This document shows positions 19,140-28,527 of a stretch of DNA of 57,254 bases, in pieces. The notes below the pieces were generated by a model. That model was not told the DNA's origin and ran no database searches. It saw only the letters and a program-made list of their open reading frames with translations. A program made the translations under genes and the position numbers. This DNA comes from an uncultured virus (IMG/VR IMGVR_UViG_3300034374_009411) (taxonomy: Duplodnaviria > Heunggongvirae > Uroviricota > Caudoviricetes): IMG/VR virus record IMGVR_UViG_3300034374_009411, one strand, 5' to 3'. The stretch's first letter is position 1; the number at the start of each line of letters is the position of its first letter.

Positions 19140-19793
19140 TTATACAATACTATTTTCTAGGATGCTACAAATAAATTCTAATTCTATAGGAGAAACTTTT
19201 CCTCCCTGAACATATGTATGGGTAATGCCTGCGCCAACACCAGTATTAGTTATAAACACATTTGCTGCATCTATTTGCTCAACAGTAAAAGTACTTTGTG
19301 GTGCTGGGAATATAGTTGTAGTTATTCCAGAGGAGTATCCAGCACAAGTAAATTCTAATCCACTCATCGTAATTTCATCACCAGCAACAAAATTATGATT
19401 TTGCAAAGTCGTAACGGTTGCAATTCCACTAATATGATCATAAACACAATTTGTTATGGTGACTACTCCAGGATTAGAATCACTCTTAACAACAAGAGAA
19501 TCGGAATATAATGCTGTTCTTTCCAGAATCAATCTACCATCAAGAACAACTAAAGAATCATTGGGAAATACTTCTGCTTCTTTAATAATTCTAACATCCC
19601 TAACATTACCAAATCTAGATTTTCTCCTTTGTACCACAGTAACTTTTGGGTATGCAACTTCTTTTGCAACGTTTGAGACCTGAGCATACAAAACAATAGA
19701 AGCTACTCCAGTTGGTGTAGTATAAACTACTTGTTCTCCAGGAGCAACTGGAACAGATATATTAAGAAACTTATTAAGTGGTGCTACTGCCAT
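19140..19793 (-). CDS. Putative virion structural protein
   Basis: In the fibre operon; YDHISGIATVTT..HNF..GD motif shared with neighbouring fibres. Confidence 0.7.
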   Translation of the reverse strand: MAVAPLNKFLNISVPVAPGEQVVYTTPTGVASIVLYAQVSNVAKEVAYPKVTVVQRRKSRFGNVRDVRIIKEAEVFPNDSLVVLDGRLILERTALYSDSLVVKSDSNPGVVTITNCVYDHISGIATVTTLQNHNFVAGDEITMSGLEFTCAGYSSGITTTIFPAPQSTFTVEQIDAANVFITNTGVGAGITHTYVQGGKVSPIELEFICSILENSIV

Positions 19794-19797
19794 ATTA

Positions 19798-22311
19798 TTA
19801 TCTTGCGGAACTGCTTAATGCTAGGATTAGTGGTGTTAATTCTGCCTGAATTGCTTTACTGAATGACCTTCCACGAATAGTAGATGTTGGTTGATTAATT
19901 TGGAATCCTTCACCAATATCAAAATTACCTTTTTGGTCCGTACTCGTAAAAGGAATTTGTGCTCCAGCAAGAGCAACTATTTCATTCTCCTTGATAGGAA
20001 CAGCTCCTTGAAGGGGAGTCACTGTATTTATACTAGTACCAGCACCAACATATTCAAATGAATGAGAACTGGTCAAAATCCTAGAAATTCTTTTTATGTC
20101 AACATCAACTCCAGCATCAATCAAATATGGAACAAATTCGTTAAAAGTTACAGTAGTAGTTCCAGATCCATCTGGTTCTGTTGCTTCAGACACTGTATAA
20201 TATATTGGTTCCATATTAACTTTTATAAGAGAAGGATCAATAATGGTTCCGTTTATCTGAACTCTCATATTTTCAACTTGAGTTGGAAGATAATTTCTAC
20301 CACTATTAATAATATCAATAGCAACTAGTCTTCCACTGATTGGATCTATAGTGGGACTAACTTCTGCAGTAATACCTTCTGGACCTAAAGGAGTTGTACT
20401 TCCATTAGTTGCATCTACAAGAAGTACACTTGGTGGAGCAGTAGCACTAAACTGATTTATACTCCCAAATGCACCAGAAGGAATAGTCACACTACTAACA
20501 AGTTGTAATGGTGCTGTCAATATACCAGCAACTGTATTAATTTTAAAGAATAATGCTTGACCATCATAAGGTCTTTTATATTGACCAAAAGTATCTATGG
20601 TATTTGTAAGAATAACAGTATCAGTTTGATCCGTAGTTGCTTGACTTACAGTTGCAGTAAATTCTGTTCTTCCAAGTCCAACAGCATATAAACCAAAATT
20701 ACCAAAAGACGTGTTTGAGTTTGTTAAATCACAAGAACCTCCAGTATCACAATATATTCCAATATTAGAATTAATTGTAAAAATTGAAACTAATTGTGCG
20801 TATCCACTATTGGTAATAGAAACTCCAATTCCAGCTTCGTTATATTGTGTGAACGAATCACAGACCATGGATTTTAAGTCTGCTCCCGAACCTGGAATAG
20901 ATGCGCTTGCATGATCACCATTTATTTTCATACCAATACTTTTTGGCATAAAATTAGTACAATTTCTTACGTATGGACTTCTCCATCTACCAGTTTCACC
21001 CTCAAATGTGGGTCCAAGACCAATAAATCCACTATTTGCTTGCTCAGTAACTGAAGTTGGAGGAAAAGCTACAGCAGCTCCTCCTGGATTATCGACAAAT
21101 CCACCAAAACCGTCTGATTCACAAGTAAAAGACAAATTCTCAACTAGACATCCTCTTCTTACATGGAAAAAATCTAGTCCTTTATTATCTGGAATTAAAT
21201 TCACCAATCTAAGATCTTGTCCAGTAACTGACACATCACTACGGAGACCAATTGGATTGTTTTCAGTGTAAGTTCCAGACCTTATGAATATAGTATCTCC
21301 AGGTTGTGCTATTTCTGCTGCTGCACCTATAGTTCTTTTAGCATCACCTTCCAATAATCCAGTATTGGCATCATCACCATCCATAGTGACCCAGATAGTG
21401 TTTTCTGTCTCTACACCTGCAGGTCTCCATGATACGCCAGTTCCTACAGAAGACAATCTATAATCTTTATTAGTTGGTCCAACACTATCATTTATATCTT
21501 GTAGTGTTGACCTAACTTCAATTCTTTGATTAAAAGTAGATATTCCACCAACACTTAATCCACTATTAATCCCAACTTCATTATCAAAATCGGCTCTACC
21601 AATAACTCTAAGTGGTCCTATAGTGGATATTCCACTCACTGTAAAGTTACTGCCTATACCAACTTCGGCATAAAAAGTCGATATACCAGAAACAGTAAAA
21701 TTACTAGCAAGTGTAGCGATACCAAGAACTTCAAGATCCTTTTCTATTATCAGATCATCCTTAAATGTTGATAATCCAATAACCTCTGCACCTTCAGTAA
21801 TACGAACATTGCCAATAACATCTAATGATGTTTGGGGAAATTGGGTATTAATTCCAACATTACTATCTCTATAGATATTATTTCCACTTAATGCCCATCT
21901 ATCAGATATTGTAATAGTAGCAACTCTACTTGTTTCAGATACTGCTGCAGATACTAAGTTATTTTGATCATTGCCATCATAAAAATCAAGTCTATTTGCC
22001 AGTCCTTGCTCTACTCCCTCATCATAAATATCGATTGCAAGAATAGGAGTAGATGCAGATCCAACATTTCCCCAATATACACCGTTGACATCAGCAATGA
22101 GTACGTCACCAGGATTACCAGTATTACCAAACTGGTCAGTCAAATATGCATCAACAAAGAGATTATCTATTGCCTTCAAATTATCTGCCTGAAGATCTAT
22201 CAAAACTTCTGGTACAGAATAGGCAACATCAAAATTTGTATCCGCTACTGATACAAACTCTATTTCATTAGATACAGAATATTTTTTAGTATACTGGAAA
22301 GTATGTGGCAT
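19798..22311 (-). CDS. Putative tail fibre/spike with a pectin-lyase-like beta-helix region
   Basis: WVTMDGDDANTG..AKRTI..GDTIFIRSGTYTE, SPYVRNCT, SHSFEYVGAG motifs paralleling the 1938-aa protein; GISTF repeats. Confidence 0.75.
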   Translation of the reverse strand: MPHTFQYTKKYSVSNEIEFVSVADTNFDVAYSVPEVLIDLQADNLKAIDNLFVDAYLTDQFGNTGNPGDVLIADVNGVYWGNVGSASTPILAIDIYDEGVEQGLANRLDFYDGNDQNNLVSAAVSETSRVATITISDRWALSGNNIYRDSNVGINTQFPQTSLDVIGNVRITEGAEVIGLSTFKDDLIIEKDLEVLGIATLASNFTVSGISTFYAEVGIGSNFTVSGISTIGPLRVIGRADFDNEVGINSGLSVGGISTFNQRIEVRSTLQDINDSVGPTNKDYRLSSVGTGVSWRPAGVETENTIWVTMDGDDANTGLLEGDAKRTIGAAAEIAQPGDTIFIRSGTYTENNPIGLRSDVSVTGQDLRLVNLIPDNKGLDFFHVRRGCLVENLSFTCESDGFGGFVDNPGGAAVAFPPTSVTEQANSGFIGLGPTFEGETGRWRSPYVRNCTNFMPKSIGMKINGDHASASIPGSGADLKSMVCDSFTQYNEAGIGVSITNSGYAQLVSIFTINSNIGIYCDTGGSCDLTNSNTSFGNFGLYAVGLGRTEFTATVSQATTDQTDTVILTNTIDTFGQYKRPYDGQALFFKINTVAGILTAPLQLVSSVTIPSGAFGSINQFSATAPPSVLLVDATNGSTTPLGPEGITAEVSPTIDPISGRLVAIDIINSGRNYLPTQVENMRVQINGTIIDPSLIKVNMEPIYYTVSEATEPDGSGTTTVTFNEFVPYLIDAGVDVDIKRISRILTSSHSFEYVGAGTSINTVTPLQGAVPIKENEIVALAGAQIPFTSTDQKGNFDIGEGFQINQPTSTIRGRSFSKAIQAELTPLILALSSSAR

Positions 22312-22322
22312 TTAGATTCTCC

Positions 22323-23006
22323 TTAAGATCTTATATCATAATTCCAACCAACCACAGAATATTGACTATCATCTCCAGGGTAATCTGCAGGAGACTCACC
22401 TTCATATTCAACAATTAATTTTTCACCATCTTTTCTTTCACCTTGAACTAAGTAGCTACAATTAATAGTACTTCCAGCATTATTAGATACTTTAATCTTT
22501 GTTCCCCACTCTACAATTTCATAAAAAAGTTCCTGATAATGACCTATGGATGTTAGTTGTACTGTTATTGATTCTGGATCAACCAACCCACTCCAGTATT
22601 CTGGAAGAGTTATGTATGATTCTTCCTTTATTTTACCTCTAACATAAACACCATTTTCTGGACCCTCTAAGCAAGTATGTCTAAGTCTCCAACCTTTTTT
22701 AGTTGGGTGCGGGATATCAAAATTTTTCTTAGCGGATAACCTATGGGCTCCACCACCAGAATATACTTCAGAAGCCAAGACCCTACCTAAAGCAGTTACA
22801 TTTTCCTGAACCTGAAGATCACCAACTTTCATATAATAATACTTATACTGATCACACTTTACAAATGGGATATCTGCTGGAAGAGGATCAGAATCCTGAT
22901 TTTCAAACTTAACTACCCAATCATAAAAAGTATTATTTACACCAGATACTGGTTTTTCCGCACAATCAATTTTACCGCTGCTTTTAGGTTGTAATGAATA
23001 TGCCAT
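22323..23006 (-). CDS. Putative tail/baseplate protein, paralogue of the next ORF
   Basis: KNFDIPHPTKKGWRLRHTCLEGPE..LPEYW domain. Confidence 0.65.
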   Translation of the reverse strand: MAYSLQPKSSGKIDCAEKPVSGVNNTFYDWVVKFENQDSDPLPADIPFVKCDQYKYYYMKVGDLQVQENVTALGRVLASEVYSGGGAHRLSAKKNFDIPHPTKKGWRLRHTCLEGPENGVYVRGKIKEESYITLPEYWSGLVDPESITVQLTSIGHYQELFYEIVEWGTKIKVSNNAGSTINCSYLVQGERKDGEKLIVEYEGESPADYPGDDSQYSVVGWNYDIRS

Positions 23007-23010
23007 AATT

Positions 23011-23790
23011 TTAATCTCTTAAGTCGTAATTCCATCCAACAATAGATCTTTGATTATTATCTCCAGGATAATCTTCAATATCTCCCTCATATTCAACTAT
23101 AAGTTTTTCAGTATCAATCCTTTCGGCATAAACATGGTAATAACAATTTATGTCTAAACCTTCTTTTTCACTCAAATAAATTATATTATTTTCTATTTTA
23201 GTAACAATTATATTTTGATGATACTTTTTGGGAGTGATGTTAACTGTAATACTATCTTCGTCAACTAATTTTGTCCAATATTCTGGAAGATGTATTTGAT
23301 TATTATTTATCAGAGATCCTCTATGATACACTGCAGCTTCTGGTCCTTCGACACAAGCATGTGTTAATCTCCACCCTTCTTTTGTTGGGTGAGCAATATC
23401 AAAATCTTTCTTAATTGATAGAATATGTGGTCTTCCCAATACTCTGGCAACAACTTCTCCCTGAGCAATCAAATTGGATCCAACTTCTACCTGCTGATTA
23501 ACTGTAAGATTATTAAATATACATGCATCACCGTCTACAGCAAGAGAATATGGACTATGATTGAATCCAGCAATTGCTCCAGGAATAAATGGTGGTTGAA
23601 TAACGTCACTATTTTTTAATTTTGCAATAGCAACATTTGCCACCGTAAATGGTGGTGGTGCTCCAAAAACAGCAGGACCTTCTAAATAAGCTCCACCTCT
23701 AACTTGAGTTGGTCCCTTACCCAAAGTAAGAGTTGGATCTCCAATACCAACATATAATGTTTTTTTAACTTCCAAATCAGGTACTTTCAT
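23011..23790 (-). CDS. Putative tail/baseplate protein, paralogue of the previous ORF
   Basis: KDFDIAHPTKEGWRLTHACVEGPE..LPEYW domain. Confidence 0.65.
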   Translation of the reverse strand: MKVPDLEVKKTLYVGIGDPTLTLGKGPTQVRGGAYLEGPAVFGAPPPFTVANVAIAKLKNSDVIQPPFIPGAIAGFNHSPYSLAVDGDACIFNNLTVNQQVEVGSNLIAQGEVVARVLGRPHILSIKKDFDIAHPTKEGWRLTHACVEGPEAAVYHRGSLINNNQIHLPEYWTKLVDEDSITVNITPKKYHQNIIVTKIENNIIYLSEKEGLDINCYYHVYAERIDTEKLIVEYEGDIEDYPGDNNQRSIVGWNYDLRD

Positions 23791-24377
23791 TAAAGTAGTC
23801 CTCCAGTTTTTTGCTGTCCCTCAAATAAAGATACACCTTTAGATGGTTTTAATGTTGTGCAAGAATCTGCACAATCAATTAATCCACCAAAAAAATTCAA
23901 TGTTCCATTACCAACAACTTCACATACACCAGACGATATAAATTTAGCAACAGAATCACCATTAACTTCTATATTTTTTGATCTAATATTAATTTTTTCA
24001 TTAGATTCAATATTAATATATCCAGTTTTATTATTGGATCCAGTAGCAATTAAATCAATGTCTCTTGCTTCTATTCTAACTCTTCCAAGAGGTGCCTGTA
24101 AGATAATGTCACCATCTGCTGCTCTTAAAACAAAAGAGGTATTATTTACTGGACTTTCCCCACAATGTATTTGATATACTCCAGGACAACGATTTATAGT
24201 TCCACCATTCATTATACCACTAGACATGAACATTGAATAATGCTCTGATGGTTTTCCTGGATCACCATTTCTTAGTAACATCCCCGCAAGGGTATTATTT
24301 GGATTTATGTGACCAAATTTTATATGACCAAAATCGTTACCCAGTTCTACTGGATTATGTACTCTAGGTTTTGCCAT
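23790..24377 (-). CDS. Putative baseplate spike-associated protein (gp5 C-terminal-like beta repeats)
   Basis: Directly downstream of gp5; alternating beta-strand pattern (GDIILQA, RVRIEARDIDL, INIESNEKINI). Confidence 0.55.
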   Translation of the reverse strand: MAKPRVHNPVELGNDFGHIKFGHINPNNTLAGMLLRNGDPGKPSEHYSMFMSSGIMNGGTINRCPGVYQIHCGESPVNNTSFVLRAADGDIILQAPLGRVRIEARDIDLIATGSNNKTGYINIESNEKINIRSKNIEVNGDSVAKFISSGVCEVVGNGTLNFFGGLIDCADSCTTLKPSKGVSLFEGQQKTGGLL

Positions 24378-26956
24378 TAATTAAACTTCCCCACACAATC
24401 TACAACCGTAATTAAACCTTCTTTTTCATCATCAGTCAATTCTCTTTGATCAGATCCCAATCCATCACTGTCACCATCACCAACACTACTTACACAGAAT
24501 ATTGGATATAGTTTAGCATTATATCCTGTTTCTGACTGGATATAAATTATTGGAGTTTCAGTAAATCCACTACCAGAATTCACAATTTTTAATCTATCTA
24601 CTACACCAAATGGTCCATATTCAACTTCAATCTCAGCTCCAAAATTTGGTTCTATAACTACTTTATCTCCAGGAGAATAATTAATACCTCTATTTTTTAT
24701 ATAAACATCACAAAGATATAATTTTGTTGGATAACTACCAACATTTATGGTTGGGAAAGAATTAAAGTCTGTTGATCCATTAACACCAGTTCCAGGAATA
24801 GATGTAATCCCCTTTATTGCAGCAACTTCTTCATCATATGTCAAATTGTCTGGAAGATCATTATAACCTTGACCAGTTCCTGATGCTACATTATTTCCAG
24901 GTCCAATTAAATTCTCAGATCCAGATCCATTTAAAACTAACTTATCTTCTGGAGTAATAATTAAATCACCATCTCTTTCGGGCAAAGCAGCTCCTGGTAA
25001 ATATTGTTCCCATCTACCATCTTCAGTTTTAATTATAGTATTATCTTTAGGTGCCCAAACCCTTCCATCTCCACCAACATCACCATTTGGAGAAGATAAG
25101 TATCCACTTCCAGCATCTTCGATGACAACAGCAATAACAGTATAAGTTTCTTCTCCAGTATAGTTTATACCACCAATAGAATCTCCACTTACTCCAGAAG
25201 TACTAATAACATTATCTGCGATATTATTATTAGATAAATTGGTAGTTGTTGTTATACCAGAATCACCAGCACCAGTACCACCACCAGAACCAGTACCAGC
25301 ACCACCACCAGTACCAGCACCACCACCAGCACCAGTACCACCAGTGCCACCTCTAGGTTCTTTTCTCATAATTGCTATGGCATTTGCACCAGAACCCTTA
25401 CCACAAGAATCTTCAATAGTAACAAAAGGTGCTTTAGTATAACCAGTTCCTCCAGCAATAAGATCTACACCCAACAAATCTCCAGAAGCACTAATAATAG
25501 CATTACCTTTTGCTCCACTTCCACCACCACCCCAGAAAGTAACTGTTGGTGGTCCACAGAATATAGGTCCAATATTACAAGAATTTGCAGAATTAACGGC
25601 AGTATTAATTAAATTGGAAAAATCAACAGCTGCTGATGCAGTATCGATCAAATCCCTACCATCATCAATAACACCTTTTGCTTGGTTTGCAACTTGCTTT
25701 GCACCATTTAATATACTATCAAGGTCAAATGACAGTTTTGGTTTTGCACCATCAAAAATACTCCATTCAGTTGTCTCTGGACATTCTTGATCTTCTTCAC
25801 AAGCAAAAAATCCAGCAATAGCCTTAATTAGATTAAGAATGCTGTCGGCAAGACTAAAAGCACCACCAATCAAACTAGATACTGAAGAAATTGCTTTATC
25901 TATGGTTTTAGACACTGCACCTAAAGTATTTCCAATTAAACTAGCAACAAAATTTTGAACAGCACAAGCAGGTACGTTGATATACCTATCAAGCATTTTT
26001 CCAAGAAAATTTCCAATCAAATACTTTAAATTACCTGTTATTTTATTAAACAAACAAGTAATAAGCTCCATTAGAGCATCATGCCCCAATTTAGCCTTAT
26101 CTCTATCTGGTGGATTTATTAACTCATAGACTTTTTTTACCTTCTTATTAATCTGTTCTTCAGTAGCTTTTCTAATTTCTTTAAAAACAGATTTCAATCC
26201 CTTACTAATAAATTCAGTTGCTTTTTGTACCTTTAATCTAATCCACTCTTGTTTTTGACTAACCCACCCCTGAGCTGCATTTTCCCAAAGTTGCATTTGG
26301 TTCTGTGCTTTCTCAATATTTTGAATTAAAGCCCGCATGGACTTTGTAATTGAACCTAAAGGAATTTTTTCACAATCAGTTGGAGATGCAATACCAAAAG
26401 CTGGTTCATCCATCATCCATTTATCGGATAATCCCCAAATATTTGGATTTAGTATAGATTCTCTAGGTTGTCCTTGAGATAAAGGCATATCACGACCAGA
26501 AACTGTATCTTCTGGTCTGTATCCACTATAGGATGCAAAACCATCAGAGATTGGTTGTTCTTTTGGAAGTGGAGTATCCTCATTGTTTGCAAGGGTTCCC
26601 AAAATTATTGGTCCACTTTTAGTTAAAGGATTTTCCCATATTCCATAAACCCTAGTTCCTTGAGTAACACCTATCGCTAATCCAGTTCCCTTATGACCAC
26701 TACCAACAGATCCCATTCTCACTTCTGCCCAAGGAAGTTTATCATCAGAGAGTATTTTTTTACTAGGTGGGTGTACTCCTTGAATTCTAACCTTAACTCT
26801 CTTTCCCCAATTTTCTAATTGTTGAACTGAAGATAAACCTTCTTCCTGAGAATTTGTTGACCAAAAATTTCTTGGCGCAACAATTCCCTCCCACCACCAA
26901 AAAGTGTTTTCTAAAATATTAAATGGTTGTGACAGTTCTGATCCGTATAATTCCAT
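24377..26956 (-). CDS. gp5: Baseplate hub/central spike protein gp5 (OB-fold N-terminus)
   Basis: FWWWEGIV..RVKVRIQGVHP..DDKLPWA..G.RVYG..P.ILG gp5 OB signature; later GxGYT..P.V repeats. Confidence 0.8.
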   Translation of the reverse strand: MELYGSELSQPFNILENTFWWWEGIVAPRNFWSTNSQEEGLSSVQQLENWGKRVKVRIQGVHPPSKKILSDDKLPWAEVRMGSVGSGHKGTGLAIGVTQGTRVYGIWENPLTKSGPIILGTLANNEDTPLPKEQPISDGFASYSGYRPEDTVSGRDMPLSQGQPRESILNPNIWGLSDKWMMDEPAFGIASPTDCEKIPLGSITKSMRALIQNIEKAQNQMQLWENAAQGWVSQKQEWIRLKVQKATEFISKGLKSVFKEIRKATEEQINKKVKKVYELINPPDRDKAKLGHDALMELITCLFNKITGNLKYLIGNFLGKMLDRYINVPACAVQNFVASLIGNTLGAVSKTIDKAISSVSSLIGGAFSLADSILNLIKAIAGFFACEEDQECPETTEWSIFDGAKPKLSFDLDSILNGAKQVANQAKGVIDDGRDLIDTASAAVDFSNLINTAVNSANSCNIGPIFCGPPTVTFWGGGGSGAKGNAIISASGDLLGVDLIAGGTGYTKAPFVTIEDSCGKGSGANAIAIMRKEPRGGTGGTGAGGGAGTGGGAGTGSGGGTGAGDSGITTTTNLSNNNIADNVISTSGVSGDSIGGINYTGEETYTVIAVVIEDAGSGYLSSPNGDVGGDGRVWAPKDNTIIKTEDGRWEQYLPGAALPERDGDLIITPEDKLVLNGSGSENLIGPGNNVASGTGQGYNDLPDNLTYDEEVAAIKGITSIPGTGVNGSTDFNSFPTINVGSYPTKLYLCDVYIKNRGINYSPGDKVVIEPNFGAEIEVEYGPFGVVDRLKIVNSGSGFTETPIIYIQSETGYNAKLYPIFCVSSVGDGDSDGLGSDQRELTDDEKEGLITVVDCVGKFN
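25262..25352 (-). repeat. Gly/Thr/Ala low-complexity linker repeat within gp5
   Basis: (accaccagc/accagt)n encoding GGTGGTGAGGGAGTGGGAGTGSGGGTGAG. Confidence 0.7.
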
Positions 26957-26964
26957 TAGATTAA

Positions 26965-27180
26965 TCAGTCTTCATAAATTTTGCATTCTGAAGCATCTGG
27001 ATTTTCATCACAATACATTTCAAATGCTGTTGGATCATGATGATCTTCTGGATGATTTTTATGATAAGTCTCTAAATGCTTTAACTCATCTGCAGTATGA
27101 CGACGCATTTGCGGAGACAATGTTGGGTCTTGAAGCAATTCTTTATCCTTTTCAATATGATCTTCAATTGATCTTTCCAT
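26965..27180 (-). CDS. cp12: CP12 Calvin-cycle inhibitor
   Basis: C-terminal HHDPTAFEMYCDENPDASECKIYED; AAGGAGG SD upstream. Confidence 0.95.
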   Translation of the reverse strand: MERSIEDHIEKDKELLQDPTLSPQMRRHTADELKHLETYHKNHPEDHHDPTAFEMYCDENPDASECKIYED

Positions 27181-28494
27181 TTAACTTCCTCCTTTACTTG
27201 GATTTCTTCCAAATGAATCTCTAATTAGATTCATTTTAGTTAGACTACTACCTGGGGTAATATGGTGACATATATCACATATCATATATATTCCACTTAA
27301 TTCCCTATCAGTTTCAATATTCCTTTTTGATGATTGTTCTGGAAAATCACAATAAACCAGTTGTCCAGATCTTAAAGAAAAATCTCCAGGTATTGTAACG
27401 TCAACAGATAATGAGAATATCTTATTATAACTCATTGCAGACTGAACAATAACATCTTTTGAATTTAGATTTTCCTTTTTTCTATTTTTCAATTGTTCAG
27501 TTTTATTGCCAGATGGAACTTGTCCAACATCCATTCTATGATAATATCTTCTAGATAATGAACCATAAAAAGAAAAATCTGGAGATATTTTTGAAAATTC
27601 TAATCCACCTTTAGTCTCTTGGTCTTCATTTTCAACATTTTTACTCACAGGATTGAATTTGTGTGTATATGGATTAAAAGTCTCCAATCTACCACCATAA
27701 GCACCAGATTTCAAATTTTCTTGTACATCTATTGTCTTTTTAGACTTATATGATATTATTTTTGCATCATATTCTTTTGGTAATAAAGTAGTAGAATTAT
27801 ATATAAAAGATTTTACAACTGGACTTTTAAACAATGCATCTATAGATCTAAAATTAAAACCATTATAATTTTCAAATATAAAATATCCTGCGGTAGATTC
27901 ACCTCCTTGAGGAACTCCTTTTGTTCCAATTTCACTTATTAGAGTGAAAGGTTTTTTTCCAGAACCATAAAAATTCAAAGTATTAGAAGTTGGGTCTGAT
28001 ATAATATCTTTTTCAGTGTTTAATATATCGGAAAGTATAGATCTAACTGAAGTAGATATCTCACCATCAAATCTTTGATAAACTTCGGATTTTAAAAATT
28101 CATTAGCAAGATATTCTTTAGATACCAAATCAATAGTAAATATTGTCTTCTCAGAGTGACTAATAATATTTCTTATTTTATTAATATATAATGCATTATT
28201 TCCACTAAAATCCAGTTTGTTATCAAAATTATCAGTAAAACTTAAATCAACCTTCTCAAATCCAGATAATTTTAATTTATATAAAACTGCCTCACTGTTT
28301 GTAGATTCCGTACTATTTCCAGTATCTACTATAACTATAGAAAATCTAACAGTTGTATCTAAAACACTCTCAAAATAAGAAAAATCAACTATTCCAGGAG
28401 ATACGTCTTGAGATCCACTACCTCTGTTTGAATAAATTAAACATTTTGTTATATTAGATGATTCTGCAGTTTGATTTGGAGTATTTACTGCCAT
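27181..28494 (-). CDS. Baseplate hub protein, gp27-like
   Basis: YFES..; GYFIFEN..GFNFRSID.L; IPGDFSLRSGQ..SGIYMI..ICH; sits between tape-measure-like genes and gp5. Confidence 0.6.
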   Translation of the reverse strand: MAVNTPNQTAESSNITKCLIYSNRGSGSQDVSPGIVDFSYFESVLDTTVRFSIVIVDTGNSTESTNSEAVLYKLKLSGFEKVDLSFTDNFDNKLDFSGNNALYINKIRNIISHSEKTIFTIDLVSKEYLANEFLKSEVYQRFDGEISTSVRSILSDILNTEKDIISDPTSNTLNFYGSGKKPFTLISEIGTKGVPQGGESTAGYFIFENYNGFNFRSIDALFKSPVVKSFIYNSTTLLPKEYDAKIISYKSKKTIDVQENLKSGAYGGRLETFNPYTHKFNPVSKNVENEDQETKGGLEFSKISPDFSFYGSLSRRYYHRMDVGQVPSGNKTEQLKNRKKENLNSKDVIVQSAMSYNKIFSLSVDVTIPGDFSLRSGQLVYCDFPEQSSKRNIETDRELSGIYMICDICHHITPGSSLTKMNLIRDSFGRNPSKGGS

Positions 28495-28527
28495 TATAAT
28501 TTACCTTTATAATTAGTATTTAACAAA

